This document shows positions 49,231 to 61,006 of a DNA stretch of 64,000 bases, one piece after another. A program made the position numbers and the translations under genes. Below the pieces are notes generated by a model, which searched no databases, had not been told where the DNA came from, and saw only the letters and a program-made list of their open reading frames with translations. Every line of letters begins with the position of its first letter. The first letter of the stretch is position 1. Source of the stretch: Podarcis muralis (lineage: Eukaryota); NCBI RefSeq assembly GCF_964188315.1, contig NC_135662.1, positions 73,160,001 through 73,224,000 of the forward strand, in the 5' to 3' direction.

Positions 49231-49553
49231 TAAAGGGAAAGGGACCCCTGACCATTAGGTCCAGTCGCGGATGACTCTGGGGTTATGGAGCATCTTGCTT
49301 AACTGGCCGAGGGAGCCGACGTACAGCTTCTGAGTCATGTGGCCAGCATGACTAAGCCGCTTCTGGCGAACCAGAGCAGCGCATGGAAACGCTGTTTACC
49401 TTCCCGCTGGAGCGGTACCTATTTATCTACTTGCACTTTGATGTGCTTTTGAACTGCTAGGTTGGCAGGAGCTGGGACCGAGCAATGGGAGCTCACCCCA
49501 TCACGGGGATTCAAACTGCCGACCTTCTGATCGGCAAGCCCTAGGCTCTGTGG
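49231..49553 (-). mobile_element. Sauria SINE lacking the 5' tip
   Basis: Body matches the other copies and stops at GGCTCTGTGG. Confidence 0.88.
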
Positions 49554-49563
49554 AATTGCCATA

Positions 49564-49776
49564 CAGTGGTACCTTGGGTTAAGAACTTAATTCGTTCTTA
49601 ACCTGAAACTCTTATTGACCTGAGGTACCACTTTAGCTAATAGGGCCTCTCGCTGCCGCCACGCCGCTGGAGCACAATTTCTGTTCTCATCCTGAAGCAA
49701 AGTTCTTAACCCAAGCTACTATTTATGGGTTAGTGGAGTCTGTAACCTGAAGCGTCTGTAATATGAGTTACCACTG
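49564..49776 (-). mobile_element. Tigger-like MITE, family A (reverse, diverged)
   Basis: TIR-like ends and TA flanks. Confidence 0.8.
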
Positions 49777-50514
49777 TATTTTAACTGTTCCTTGAATACA
49801 TACATGCATACAACAGTGTGTGAGGTTGGGAGTTCTTCTGCTCCTCAGCCTGGCTCCTCCATTCTTCTTGTGTTTGTTGGATCATATACCAGTATATTGA
49901 ATACTGATCCCTTGGGTGCCTCAAGTCCCACAAACATAGCCAGGATACCTGTGTGCCCCCCCAAATCCTTAACCCTAAAGGAGGAGCATCACAAGGCACT
50001 GTTCTCATTAAAATGTTACCTTATAGTTTCATCAGCTTCACTGGAGTTGGTGCTTGAGGCAGTTTGAAATGTTCTGCTGCCTCAGCAGGATACGGCTTGG
50101 CTTGCTCTTCAGTGCAAGTCTAATGAAGGATTAATGGCAGAGAGATCATGAACACCAAGGGGCTTTTTCACCCCACTTGATGACTCTCTACTGAAAATCT
50201 CCATCACATGAGCCAGTTTCTTTTTTAAACCAGCTGAAATAATTGGGTTGAAGCATGCGTAAGTAGTGTGTGGTCAATTTGTGTCTCCGAAAACACAGAT
50301 ACACATATGCAGGTTGTTTGATGATTATATGCAGTAATATTTTCTTCTAGAAAAAGAACGCCTCCTTTGTTCTCTTATAATGGCAATGGTGCCTACCTGA
50401 GAGGTGCCAGAACTGAGTTGTGGCGAGTTCCAGCTGAAAAAAGCCCTGTTTATATGTAGGTAGAGAAGCCCTTCTGAATCAAGCCAAAACTCAACTTTTC
50501 CAGCATCCTGTTCT

Positions 50515-50553
<39 letters not shown>

Positions 50554-52064
50554 GCATAGGGTGTCTTCAGGAGTTTCTTATTAAGGGGAACAAAAATACA
50601 AGGTGGCAATTATATTCACAAAACTATGGCATTTCTGTAAAGCTGTACCCAATGTTGGATTTTTAAAGTGCTGGCCCCTGAATGGAAGGAAGAACAGAGG
50701 TGTCTGGAGGACTTTTGCAGGTAAAGTTATGACACAATGTGGTAGGTCAGGAAAAGAGGTGGAAGGGAGTATTGGTAGGTCAGAGGCCTACCTTGCAATC
50801 CATGGGAGAAATGTGGCTGAACCTGGTAGCATCTACTTGGTTTTGAGACAGGGATGCCCAATAAAATACCTGGTGCAGTGAAATATTTGTCTGGAGTGCA
50901 ACCAGACAAACCTTGGCTGACTTTGCGACAGATCCAAGGTAGCCGGGGGGGGGGGCGATCCAGGGTGTGGTCTTGTCTCCACAGCCCCTGGCTAATGTGG
51001 GTGTGTCAGTTCAATTTGGCAGATCCTATAACCTTTTCATGGGCCTTCAGTTTGGGAAGGTAGTCAGTATTTGCAACAATCATTCATTCATTCTCTGTAG
51101 CAAAGCTGTGTGTGTGGAAACGTCAAGACAGCTGAATTGCAGCAGTACCAAAATTGGAATTGAGTTTGAATCTAGGTAGCATTCCTTTCCCTTGCCTCTC
51201 CCCCTTGCCTTGGTGGGCTTGGATATGCACACACATTGTTCATGTAATTGCATTAATCACATCTCCATTTTATGTGCAGCCCAGTTATGAGGGGGATTGT
51301 ATCTGCGCAAGCTTTTTGTGTGTGTCCAGAATTAGAGAGGCTGTCATTTTGCTGCCATCTCTTCTAAATGGCCACTAGTTAAGCAGCTGTGCATAGATAG
51401 CCCACATTGTATAACAGAACCACGCTGTTACTCTGGGCATGTTTTGGAAAGCAGAAATTAAAAAAGACTTGAGAAAAGCTGTCTTGCAGCATTTGCCAGA
51501 ATGCCCGTGCCAGGCAGGTCTCCAACAGCCAGTTGGCTTCCATCAACCCTTTGATTCTTCTCTTAACATTGTCCTCTACCTAATGGTCAATTAAGCCAAA
51601 TCGATATTGTACTCATACCTGAAGATGCAGCTGCGGAATAAATAACTGAACAGTAATTAACATTGGGTTATGTTAGTTCCTAGCTGGCTTCTACCTCTCT
51701 TTCATTTATTTATTTTTAAATGATTGCTTATTATTTTGTTAAGTACTTTTCAAGAGTCCCACAAATTTCCTCTGCTTGGCTGGCAGCTCTTTGAATTTAC
51801 TAGGCCGTGATCCCCGCACCCCTACATCTCATATTACTCCAGTTGAGGCTAGTGCCCATCGGGACTGATGGTGGGGATGCTGATATTAGATGGAGGCAGA
51901 GGAAAAAGCTGCTGGGGCCAGAACCAATGAAAAGCAAATTGGAACACTGGAAAGAAGGAGGGGGGTAATAGTCAGTGCCATCCCCCAGGCTGGTTGTAAG
52001 TAATGTCACAGGCAAATGAGGGCTGGCTGAAGGTAGACTGAGTTTGGAAGGTCGGTGCCCCATT

Positions 52065-53050
52065 TGTCATAATGGACCAGCCTCCACTGTCATCCTGCTG
52101 GCAATGGCAGGTCATATAAGAGTGTGGCGTTCGTACATATCCCCCAGTTGTCTCGTCTCATGGACTATTGACCCATACACCACTAATCTGCTGCCACCAA
52201 CCAGGTTCTCCCCAGTAAATCACTTAGTCTCAGTCAGGTTCTCAAGTTAACAAGGAAGATTGTAGTTTATTGCAAACACACATAAACTTTAAAAGGTAAA
52301 GGTAAAGGGAACCCTGACCATTAGGTCCAGTCGTGACTGACTCTGGGGTTGTGGCACTCATCTCACTTTATTGGCCGAGGGAGCCGGCGTACAGCTTCCG
52401 GGTCATGTGGCCAGCATGACTAAGCCGCTTCTGGTGAACCAGAGCAGCACACAGAAACGCCGTTTACCTTCCCGCTGGAGCGGTACCTATTTATCTACTT
52501 GCACTTTGACGTGCTTTTGAACTGCTAGGTTGGCAGGAGCAGGGACCGAGCAACGGAGCTCACCCCGTCGCGGGAATTCGAACCGCCAAGCTTCTAATTG
52601 GCAAGTCCTAGGCTCTGTGGTTTAACCCACAGTGCCACCCGCGTCCCTACATAATGCTCTTAGTCTTATTTTATCCACTCTCTAACTCTTCTACCTCCCC
52701 TCACACAAGAACCAACTGCACTAACTGTCTCTCTATTTCCATCTGTATGCCAACTGCTTCTTCCCAACCAACTAACCCACTAAACCTTGTACTAAGCCCT
52801 TTTTATAAACAGGTAGGCTCTGCCTCTGGCTTTTCTATTGGTCTACCTATTAACTCTTTCTCTCCCCCTGTATAGACATTTCCAAAAGAATGGGCAAACG
52901 CCACAAAGAGCCTAGTCACATATTTATCCACCCTGTTTATAACTTCATTGTTTGATCAAAGCAATAGTAGAAAAAGATCCCAATTTGGGGGGGGGGGGAG
53001 TACAGTATCTATCAAAGTATTTTGCTGGCATTTGCCATGTAAATATGACA
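52065..53050 (-). mobile_element. Solo LTR-like element interrupted by a Sauria SINE
   Basis: Inverted termini TGTCATA/TATGACA. On the minus strand, CCAAT (52837-52841), TATAAAA (52801-52807) and AATAAA (52266-52271) occur in U3-R-U5 order. TSD unclear. Confidence 0.5.
52291..52648 (-). mobile_element. Sauria SINE
   Basis: Full-length antisense copy, AAAGGTAAAGGTAAAGG tail to GCGTCCC head. Confidence 0.9.
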
Positions 53051-53145
53051 TTCTGGGATGTTTTGCCCACTAGTTCCACAGGGGGCACTAACACGTCAGC
53101 TGATATCAAATGCCAGTGGGTTCTGTTCCATTAAGCAGCCCTCCT

Positions 53146-56100
53146 CAGAGGTTTCTTGATTCAACAGAACAAATACAGGAAGAATCTAAGAGAAGAAAAG
53201 AAGAAAGAGCTAACTAAACAATTAAAAGAAATAGAGGACAAATTAATAACAAACCCGGGGGATGAGAGGCTTAAACAAATTCATAAATTATTACAAACTC
53301 AATACTCAACAATGTTGAATCAGGAGATAGAATGGGGTATAAAGAGGATGAAACAGAAGTTCTTTGAATCAGCAAACAAAACTGGCAAGCTCTTAGCGTG
53401 GCAACTAAGGAAAAAGAAAAAGCAAATGGTGATTAATAAAATTAAACTTGAAGATCAAACAATAGAGGACCCTAGTGAGATAAAGGGCAAGTTTCTTCAA
53501 TATTATGAAAACTTGTATAAAAAGAAAGAGGGAGAAGACATAAGTGAGATTGAAAGATACCTGGAAGGGAATGGGAATGAAGAACTGTCAGGGGAAGAAA
53601 AGGCATCCCTCAACGAACCAGTAACAGCAGATGAGATTAGAGACGCAATAAAGAAATTGAAACCCGGAAAAACCCCCGGCCCAGATGGCCTCTCCCAAAA
53701 ATACTATAAATCCCTAGAGGAACAACTAATTCCGGTACTCTGTAATGTAATTAACAACATCCTCCAAGGAGGGGAAATGCCTGACTCCTGGAGAGAGGCA
53801 TATATCACTCTAATACCTAAAGGAGACTCAGATACGCTTAATATAAAAAATTACAGACCAATTTCGTTGCTTAACAATGACTACAAGATCTTTGCAGGAA
53901 TAATGGCAAATAGATTAAAAAAATATTTGAACAGAACAATACACAAGGATCAAGCCGGATTCCTGCCTGGTAGGCAGATAAAGGATAACGTGAGGCATGT
54001 AATTAATATAATCGAATATCTGGATCTCAAGACCGACATTCCAGCTGCCTTAATTTTTGTTGACGCCGAAAAGGCGTTCGATAACGTATCTTGGCAATTT
54101 CTTCTTAAATGTATGGAGAGGGCAGGAATAAGAGGACCATTTCTAGAAGGTATTAGAGCGATCTACTCAAACCAAAAAGCGAAACTTATCATTAATAGTA
54201 ACCTAACAGACTCATTTACGATTACAAAAGGTACAAGGCAAGGATGCCCATTATCACCCCTGCTATTTATTATGGTTTTGGAGGTCATATTAAATAAGAT
54301 CAGAGGAACAACAGAAGTAAGAGGGATTAAGATAGGTAGAAAAGAATATAAAGTAAAGGCTTATGCTGATGACCTAGTAATATCAATAGAAGAACCTCAA
54401 GAAAAGATAAATATGGTTATGGATTTAATGGAGGAGTATGGGAGGTTATCTGGGTTTAGACTAAACAAAACCAAAACAAAAATGTTGGTAAAGAACTTAG
54501 ACGAACAATCAAAAAGCAAAATTGAACTGGAATCAGGGATAAAGATATCAAAAAAGGTTAAGTACTTGGGTATCTGGGTATCAACTAAAAACATAAACCT
54601 GGTGGAGGATAATTATAACAAAATCTGGACAGAATGTAAAAGAGATCTTGACAGTTGGAGTAGATTACACCTCTCATGGGAGGGGAGGATGGCTGCCATT
54701 AAGATGAACATCTTACCAAAAATGATATTCCTATTCCAAAACATCCCAGTAATCAGAGGCACAACAATGTTTAAAGACTGGCAGAGGACCCTCTCTAGAT
54801 TTATCTGGCAGGGTAAAAGGGCCAGAATTAAATATAAGTTGCTCACTGATAGAAGAGACAGAGGTGGTTTTGCGGTCCCAAATCTACAATTATATTATGA
54901 GGCGGCGTCCCTCTGTTGGGTTAAGGAGTGGATAACCCTGGAAAATACCGACCTGTTGGATTTGGAAGGTTTTGATGCGAGGTTTGGGTGGCACGCATAC
55001 CTCTGGCACGACAAGGGGAGAGTACACAAGGGTTTTTCTAACCACATCATAAGAGGAGCGTTGCTAGAGGTATGGAATAGATGTAAGAACCTGATAGAAA
55101 AAGACACCCCATTATGGCTGTCACCTATTGATATTCTAGCAATTAAAAAATTAAATATGGAAGGTAAAAGGTGGACATACGCCGAGCTTTTGAAAAGAGA
55201 TGAGAAAGGATGGGAAATAAGACCTTATGAGGAGTTAAAAGATAAACTAGAGGGGTGGATACATTTCCACCAAATTAACTCTTTATGGAACGAGCATAAA
55301 AAAGCCGGAATGAGTAAGAACAAGTCCAAATTCCATCTAGAAATAATAGAAGGGAAGTCCAAAACCCTAACCAAAATGTATAACCAACTATTAGACTGGG
55401 ACACCAAGGATGAGGAAATAAAGGAGGTCATGATTAAGTGGGCCATAGACTTAGGATACCCTCTAGATTATGAGAAATGGAAAAAACTATGGAGCAAGGA
55501 TATGAATTTTTCAGCATGTGTCGGTCTCCGAGAAAACATGGAAAAGATGATGTACCGCTGGTACATCACCCCAACAAAACTAGCTAAAATGTATAAAACT
55601 GGAGATAAGACCTGTTGGAAATGCAAAAAGAAAGAGGGAGATTTCATTCATATGTGGTGGTCCTGTGATGAAGTTAAAAAATTCTGGGGCGCTGTTTACG
55701 ACGAATTGAAAAAGATCTTAAAGTACACGTTCCCCAAGAAACCTGAGGCGTTCCTTCTGGGAATGGTGGGGAATGAGATTGACAAAAATGATCAAACCCT
55801 ATTTCAGTATGCGACAGTTGCTGCTAGGATACTGCTAGCGCAGAATTGGAAAAAACCCAGCATACCTACAATTAAGGACTGGCAAACTAAGTTAACTGAA
55901 TATATTGAATTGGCAATAATGACCCAGAAGATAAGGCAACAGAAAAACGTTAAATTTATCAATGATTGGAACAAGTTTGTTACATATATAGAGACAATGT
56001 CAGGAAATATTAAAATTACAATAGATATACAATAGGTATATAATAGGTATAATATAAAAACCGTGAGGTAAAACATACGAGTTAACAAAAGATACTGCGG

Positions 56101-56286
56101 TACATATGGTAGAGATAGAGGTCACGTCGTGGTGGAGGGAAGTCAAACAAAATAATAGACTGTATATTGATTTTTGTATCTGTTTATTTTTCTCTGTTTT
56201 TTTTTCTCTGTTTTGTTTTATTAATATGGTATATGTGCTTTTAAGATGTTGGAATATAATAAAAATTTATTAATAAAAAAAAAAAA
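53146..56286 (+). mobile_element. 5'-truncated L1-clade LINE insertion
   Basis: 13-bp TSD AAGCAGCCCTCCT at 53133-53145 and 56287-56299, TT/AA endonuclease-like site, AATAAA plus poly(A) at about 56272-56286. Confidence 0.95.
53156..56035 (+). CDS. L1 ORF2 (reverse transcriptase plus C-terminal Cys/His region; endonuclease domain missing)
   Basis: 959 open codons with PGPDG, NYRPISLLN, QAGF, DAEKAFD, GTRQGCPLSP, YADD and CWKC-X7-H-X4-C. The TTG start is an artefact of truncation. Confidence 0.93.
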   Translation: MIQQNKYRKNLREEKKKELTKQLKEIEDKLITNPGDERLKQIHKLLQTQYSTMLNQEIEWGIKRMKQKFFESANKTGKLLAWQLRKKKKQMVINKIKLEDQTIEDPSEIKGKFLQYYENLYKKKEGEDISEIERYLEGNGNEELSGEEKASLNEPVTADEIRDAIKKLKPGKTPGPDGLSQKYYKSLEEQLIPVLCNVINNILQGGEMPDSWREAYITLIPKGDSDTLNIKNYRPISLLNNDYKIFAGIMANRLKKYLNRTIHKDQAGFLPGRQIKDNVRHVINIIEYLDLKTDIPAALIFVDAEKAFDNVSWQFLLKCMERAGIRGPFLEGIRAIYSNQKAKLIINSNLTDSFTITKGTRQGCPLSPLLFIMVLEVILNKIRGTTEVRGIKIGRKEYKVKAYADDLVISIEEPQEKINMVMDLMEEYGRLSGFRLNKTKTKMLVKNLDEQSKSKIELESGIKISKKVKYLGIWVSTKNINLVEDNYNKIWTECKRDLDSWSRLHLSWEGRMAAIKMNILPKMIFLFQNIPVIRGTTMFKDWQRTLSRFIWQGKRARIKYKLLTDRRDRGGFAVPNLQLYYEAASLCWVKEWITLENTDLLDLEGFDARFGWHAYLWHDKGRVHKGFSNHIIRGALLEVWNRCKNLIEKDTPLWLSPIDILAIKKLNMEGKRWTYAELLKRDEKGWEIRPYEELKDKLEGWIHFHQINSLWNEHKKAGMSKNKSKFHLEIIEGKSKTLTKMYNQLLDWDTKDEEIKEVMIKWAIDLGYPLDYEKWKKLWSKDMNFSACVGLRENMEKMMYRWYITPTKLAKMYKTGDKTCWKCKKKEGDFIHMWWSCDEVKKFWGAVYDELKKILKYTFPKKPEAFLLGMVGNEIDKNDQTLFQYATVAARILLAQNWKKPSIPTIKDWQTKLTEYIELAIMTQKIRQQKNVKFINDWNKFVTYIETMSGNIKITIDIQ

Positions 56287-56652
56287 AAGCAGCCCTCCTT
56301 CTCTCACTTATCTGGGGAACTCCCACTGAAGTCAGGGGTCTTTCTTCTGAGTAGACATGAATAGGATTGTACAGTCCATCACATTTTATCCCTTCGTGTG
56401 AATGTTCATGCTTAAATTCCTCAATTCACTTTGTCTTTCTCCTGTTGACTGACATAAAACTGTATGTTCCATGCTTCACTATCAGCTAATTCAAAAGTGG
56501 CTTGTTTGTTTTTTCCTTTATTAGTTTGATGGGGCCATCATTTTTCTTCAAATTTGTCTGCCCCCTGCAAATTTGTCTGCCCCGTTTACAAATGTTTATG
56601 TGAACTTTGTAGTTTAGTGAGGAATATTCACGAATTGTACATTTTGAATCCT

Positions 56653-56683
<31 letters not shown>

Positions 56684-56945
56684 TAAATGCCATTGATTTC
56701 AATCAGATTCTCTAATCAGAAGTGTGCTGCCAAATAAAATATATGTTGAGAACTATCAACCAATACTGCTGTTCTTGGACTTCAAACTGCAGATGGAGGG
56801 ATTCAGATGGAAGGAGGTTCTCATTAAAAAAACAACACCACTCTGCCTGTGGAAAATTTTAATGCCCTGGAAAAGGGTTGAAATCTAGCCTACCTTCCCC
56901 TTGACATACTGACCCCAACACAATCTTTCAGTCTTTTGAAATCTT

Positions 56946-57260
56946 NNNNNNNNNNNNNNNNNNNNNNNNNNNNNNNNNNNNNNNNNNNNNNNNNNNNNNN
57001 NNNNNNNNNNNNNNNNNNNNNNNNNNNNNNNNNNNNNNNNNNNNNNNNNNNNNNNNNNNNNNNNNNNNNNNNNNNNNNNNNNNNNNNNNNNNNNNNNNNN
57101 NNNNNNNNNNNNNNNNNNNNNNNNNNNNNNNNNNNNNNNNNNNNNNNNNNNNNNNNNNNNNNNNNNNNNNNNNNNNNNNNNNNNNNNNNNNNNNNNNNNN
57201 NNNNNNNNNNNNNNNNNNNNNNNNNNNNNNNNNNNNNNNNNNNNNNNNNNNNNNNNNNNN
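56946..57260. other. Assembly gap (315 N)
   Basis: Run of N. Confidence 1.
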
Positions 57261-57597
57261 ATAACACAATGAGTAACATTTGCTGGGAATTTCTGCTCCT
57301 GTTTTTGTCAAAATTCTCAAGACATTCCAATTTATGTAGAAGGAAGGGCTTTGTCCCTCTGTAGTAAGACAATGAAGCAAGAGGGGAAAGGAACAAAGAA
57401 CATTAAATTCATTTGTAGGAGACAATGTATTGGGAAATGAACAACATTGCTCTTGTTTGAAGGAAGCCTATGAATAAAACATGTCAATGCAAGTGTTGAC
57501 TCGAAATGCATAGGCATCAGAAATAAAGTATACAAAGCAGCAGACATAATTAAATAATTCCAAACATGTTGCTTGCCAGTTTTCTAAGAGACGCTAC

Positions 57598-57733
57598 CAG
57601 CGCTGTTTTTCTAGAAAAAGAGGTGCAGGGACTCACCATGAACGCCTCCCTTGTTCTCTTATAAGGGCAATGGCACCCACCTGAGAGGTGCCAGAACTGA
57701 GTTCCGGCCAGTTCTGGCTGAAAAAAGGCCCTG
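57598..57733. mobile_element. hAT-type MITE (related partial copy at about 50345-50450)
   Basis: CAGCGCTGTTTTT...AAAAAAGGCCCTG termini; 8-bp TSD GACGCTAC/GATGCTAT differing by two C/T transitions. Confidence 0.65.
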
Positions 57734-57913
57734 GATGCTATTGTTATTTTTCATTTCAACTTGCACAAGGTGACTTATATGCTTTAAATGCTCTCAGAGG
57801 TAGACTGTTTGTTATTACAAAGTAATTAATCCTTAATAAGAATTTTATAATTCTGATTGAAAAGAATCTAGCCAAATAAGAAAGAATACCTTTGTGTTTC
57901 TGGATACACCTGG

Positions 57914-58048
57914 AGCTTTATCTGGAGTCAGATCATTGGTCCATTTAGGTCAATATTGCCTGCACTGACTGACAGCAGATCTTCAGGATTTCAGACAAAG
58001 GCCAACCAGGAGATGCCAGAGGCTGAACTCAGGATTTTCTATGTGCAG
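57914..58048 (-). mobile_element. Diverged Squam2-like SINE
   Basis: GAGTCAGATCATTGGTCCAT...GACTGACAGCAG...GGAGATGCCAG matches the 63688 and 17138 copies. Confidence 0.55.
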
Positions 58049-58979
58049 AATCACAAAATTCTAGTGACAGGCCTTCAGCCTTTGGAAATCTGTGTTACGT
58101 TCTTGGTCTGTTGTTCTCATTGATTGTTTCCTGCTGTTGAATCTAATTAGGTATTAGTTTCCTGTTGTGTTTTGATGTTTCTTTTTTTATTGTGTCTTGA
58201 TCTTTGGATTTGATTGTTGTTATTGTGGCTTTAAAAAGAAAATTGTGATCAGCTTGTAGATTTTCAAGTTCAAATCTTTTAATGTGCAAGTATATGTGTG
58301 CACATATCTGCCCATATAAAGATGCCTGGACCTCGGTGCCTGACAAGCATATTAACAGGTGGGAAGCTTAGATTTTATATGCACATAGGCAAACGATGCT
58401 CCTTGGTTAAGAGAAACACCTGAAAATGGGATCTTCTCCCATCATTGCCTTGGAATTTGGGACATGAAGGATGAGAAGGCACAAATGGAATAGCATAAAC
58501 TCAAAGCAGCCCTATTTCCCAGGGACAGTTCCAGAATTATGAAATCCATCCTTGTTTCTGATTTGATCTGGAATGTCCTTATTTCTCATTCCAGTGCCTC
58601 CACTGAGTTCAGGGAAGAGGATGAGCTGGTACTTGTCCTCAGTGACGGTGATGGTGGTGGCAACTGCAGCTGCAAGAGTGTGTCCTGTTGCTTCTCCGTG
58701 GCTTTTTCATGGCCACCACTGCCAGTCTCCTCCCTTGGGCAGCTCACAGCAGCTGCTGGAGAGCAGGCGAGGAGGAGGGGAGGCTGGTGCCATCAGGGCC
58801 CAGCCCCATGCGACCAGCCCCTCTTTCCTTCTTCCTTCGGTGATGGAACTCCTTTTTGGGGACTTCCCTGGCTTTTTTCTGGCCCACGTAGGACCAGTCT
58901 GGATAGTTGGCCTTGGTGAAGACATGATGTTTTCATCCCCCAAAAGGTTTTTGATTTGAGTTCCTACTGAAACGTGGCT

Positions 58980-59097
58980 GCATTTTAATGTTGTATATTA
59001 ATCCGGTTTTTAAGTTGTATTTCAATCAATTGTTTTTATACCTGGTGTTAGCCGCCCTGAGCCCGGTCTTTGCTGGGGAGTGCGGGGTATAAATAAA

Positions 59098-59150
<53 letters not shown>
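58980..59150 (+). mobile_element. L2-type 3' tail with (TAT)n
   Basis: TTAGCCGCCCTGAGCCC...GCGGGGTATAAATAAA followed by (TAT)n. Confidence 0.65.
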
Positions 59151-59151
<1 letters not shown>

Positions 59152-59242
59152 GACAGCTCTGAGGGGCAGGTAGAGGACAGGGCTGCCCTGAGCGGGAAGA
59201 AATGGAAAGCAGAATGGAGTGCAAAGACTCTTGATTTTATAT

Positions 59243-59255
59243 AATGATGATGATA

Positions 59256-59299
<44 letters not shown>

Positions 59300-59320
59300 A
59301 ATAATAATAATAATAATAAT
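59243..59320. repeat. (GAT)n(AAT)n microsatellite
   Basis: Direct reading. Confidence 0.9.
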
Positions 59321-59725
59321 ATTTTGTGCATCCACGTCTAATCTTGCCCCTTTCTAAAATTTATTTATTCGTGTGTGCTTTTCTTCTGGTAAATCTACCA
59401 AAGAATAAAATAAAAGAAAATACGGATTGAGAGATTTCTTGGGATGGTGGAGGGTGTGCGTTCAGCGTCCCATTGGTGTGGTGGTTGCACTTGCCCCTCT
59501 TCTGATAGGAAATGCTCAGTGGGGAGGTACAAAAATGGGGGGGAGGGTTAGTTGGGGAGGAGTGAGAAATCCCCCCATTTTCATCTGAGGAATGTTGGAG
59601 GGTATGGAATGGAAAATAAGATTATGGGAATTCTCCGTTGAAACATGTAAACCAGATGGGATGGGGAGGGGATTTTTTTTTTTTGGGGGGGGGATATGTT
59701 ACACTTATATGTGAGGAATCTAATA

Positions 59726-59905
59726 CAGTGGTACCTTGGGTTACAGGCGCTTCAGGTTACAGACTCCGCTAACCCAGAAATAGTACCTTGGGTTAAGAAC
59801 TTTGCTTCAGGATGAGAACAGAAATCGCACAGTGGCAGCACTGCGGCAGCAGGAGGCCCCATTAGCTAAAGTGGTACCTCAGGTTCTTAACCCAAGGTAC
59901 CACTG
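59726..59905 (+). mobile_element. Tigger-like MITE, family A, internally deleted (180 bp)
   Basis: TIRs and TA flanks; lacks the AAGAACAGTTTCAGG...GAACGAATTAAG block. Confidence 0.87.
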
Positions 59906-61006
59906 TATAAGCTAATTCAGCTTGTAAGACACACTGCTTTCAATGAGAGTTACACTTTTGCTTTAAAGCTTTTCCGTTCAGATCAGCAATGCCTCTTAAC
60001 ACCGGCTTATATCTGGCAGCATGATGTCTGTAGTGTGGACCATGGTTCAAACATAACATGAGGGGAAATGAACCATCGATTCAACTTTTCAAAGTGGACA
60101 AGGGTCAGCCTTGACAGGCAGGTAGATAAAATAATTTATGTCAGAAACTTGCATTAATAATAGAAGCTTCTCCTTTTAACTGGCGAAATAAATTCTGGGT
60201 ACTCCATCATAGTGTCAGGGCTGGTACTCAGTGAAGTTCCTTTCTTTATGTACCAGGAAGCCCAACTAAACAATCTCACAACAAAGTTTCATTTTTTTAA
60301 GAAAACCACCTGCAGTAACAGGGATATTTGGAGCAGCTTAGAGGACAACTACATCCCCAGGCTGTTTTTACTATTTGAGAAGTTGCAGCAAAGAATATAG
60401 AGGAGTCAGCAGTACACACAGCATTTTTGCAGTGGGGGCTCTGATTATATCTACCTTATTTAAAGCACATGTAAGATTTTCCACAAATAAGCCATTTAAA
60501 TGTGGAGCTCCTGTTGATATGACATAAACAGTGGGGATTTTTATCCGTTAAATCCGGATACCTTGTGGGAGTCTCTCCAAAAGTCATTTTACTTGTCAGC
60601 TATATTTATTTCTAGATTAAATTTCTCTCCTTCTGTATGCTTCTTAACCTTAAAAGGGGCAGGTATGTGGTCAGAAAAGAGACGTAGTAACCGTTTCTTC
60701 ACAGGTAAGAAATAAAGAGTGTGGTGATTCTTTGATTGCAGGCCCCCCCCTTTGTTTTTTTAGGGAAGATTTAGGCTACAGTACTGTCTCCACTTCTTAG
60801 GAAATAGGCCCCATTGAACTCAATGGAGTAAACATGTTTATGATTGCACTGTTTGGTTTCCTCCACACAGTCAATGTTTCTTTCCCAGGGGGATTCAAGT
60901 GTACGCTGGAATTTTAGGTGTGGTTCAGTGGATTAAAGCACAACCCCCATTTAGGAAAGTGATGAGGAAATACATTTGGGAGGAATTAATGGGTAACATT
61001 AATGGG

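Noticed and set aside
56890-57425. ORFs of 142-168 aa
   Set aside because: They span the N gap; artefacts.
60656-60661. Plus-strand 6-nt microexon AAAG|GGGCAG|GTATGT
   Set aside because: Such short patterns are frequent by chance, and the strand conflicts with the other candidates; unsupported without RNA data.
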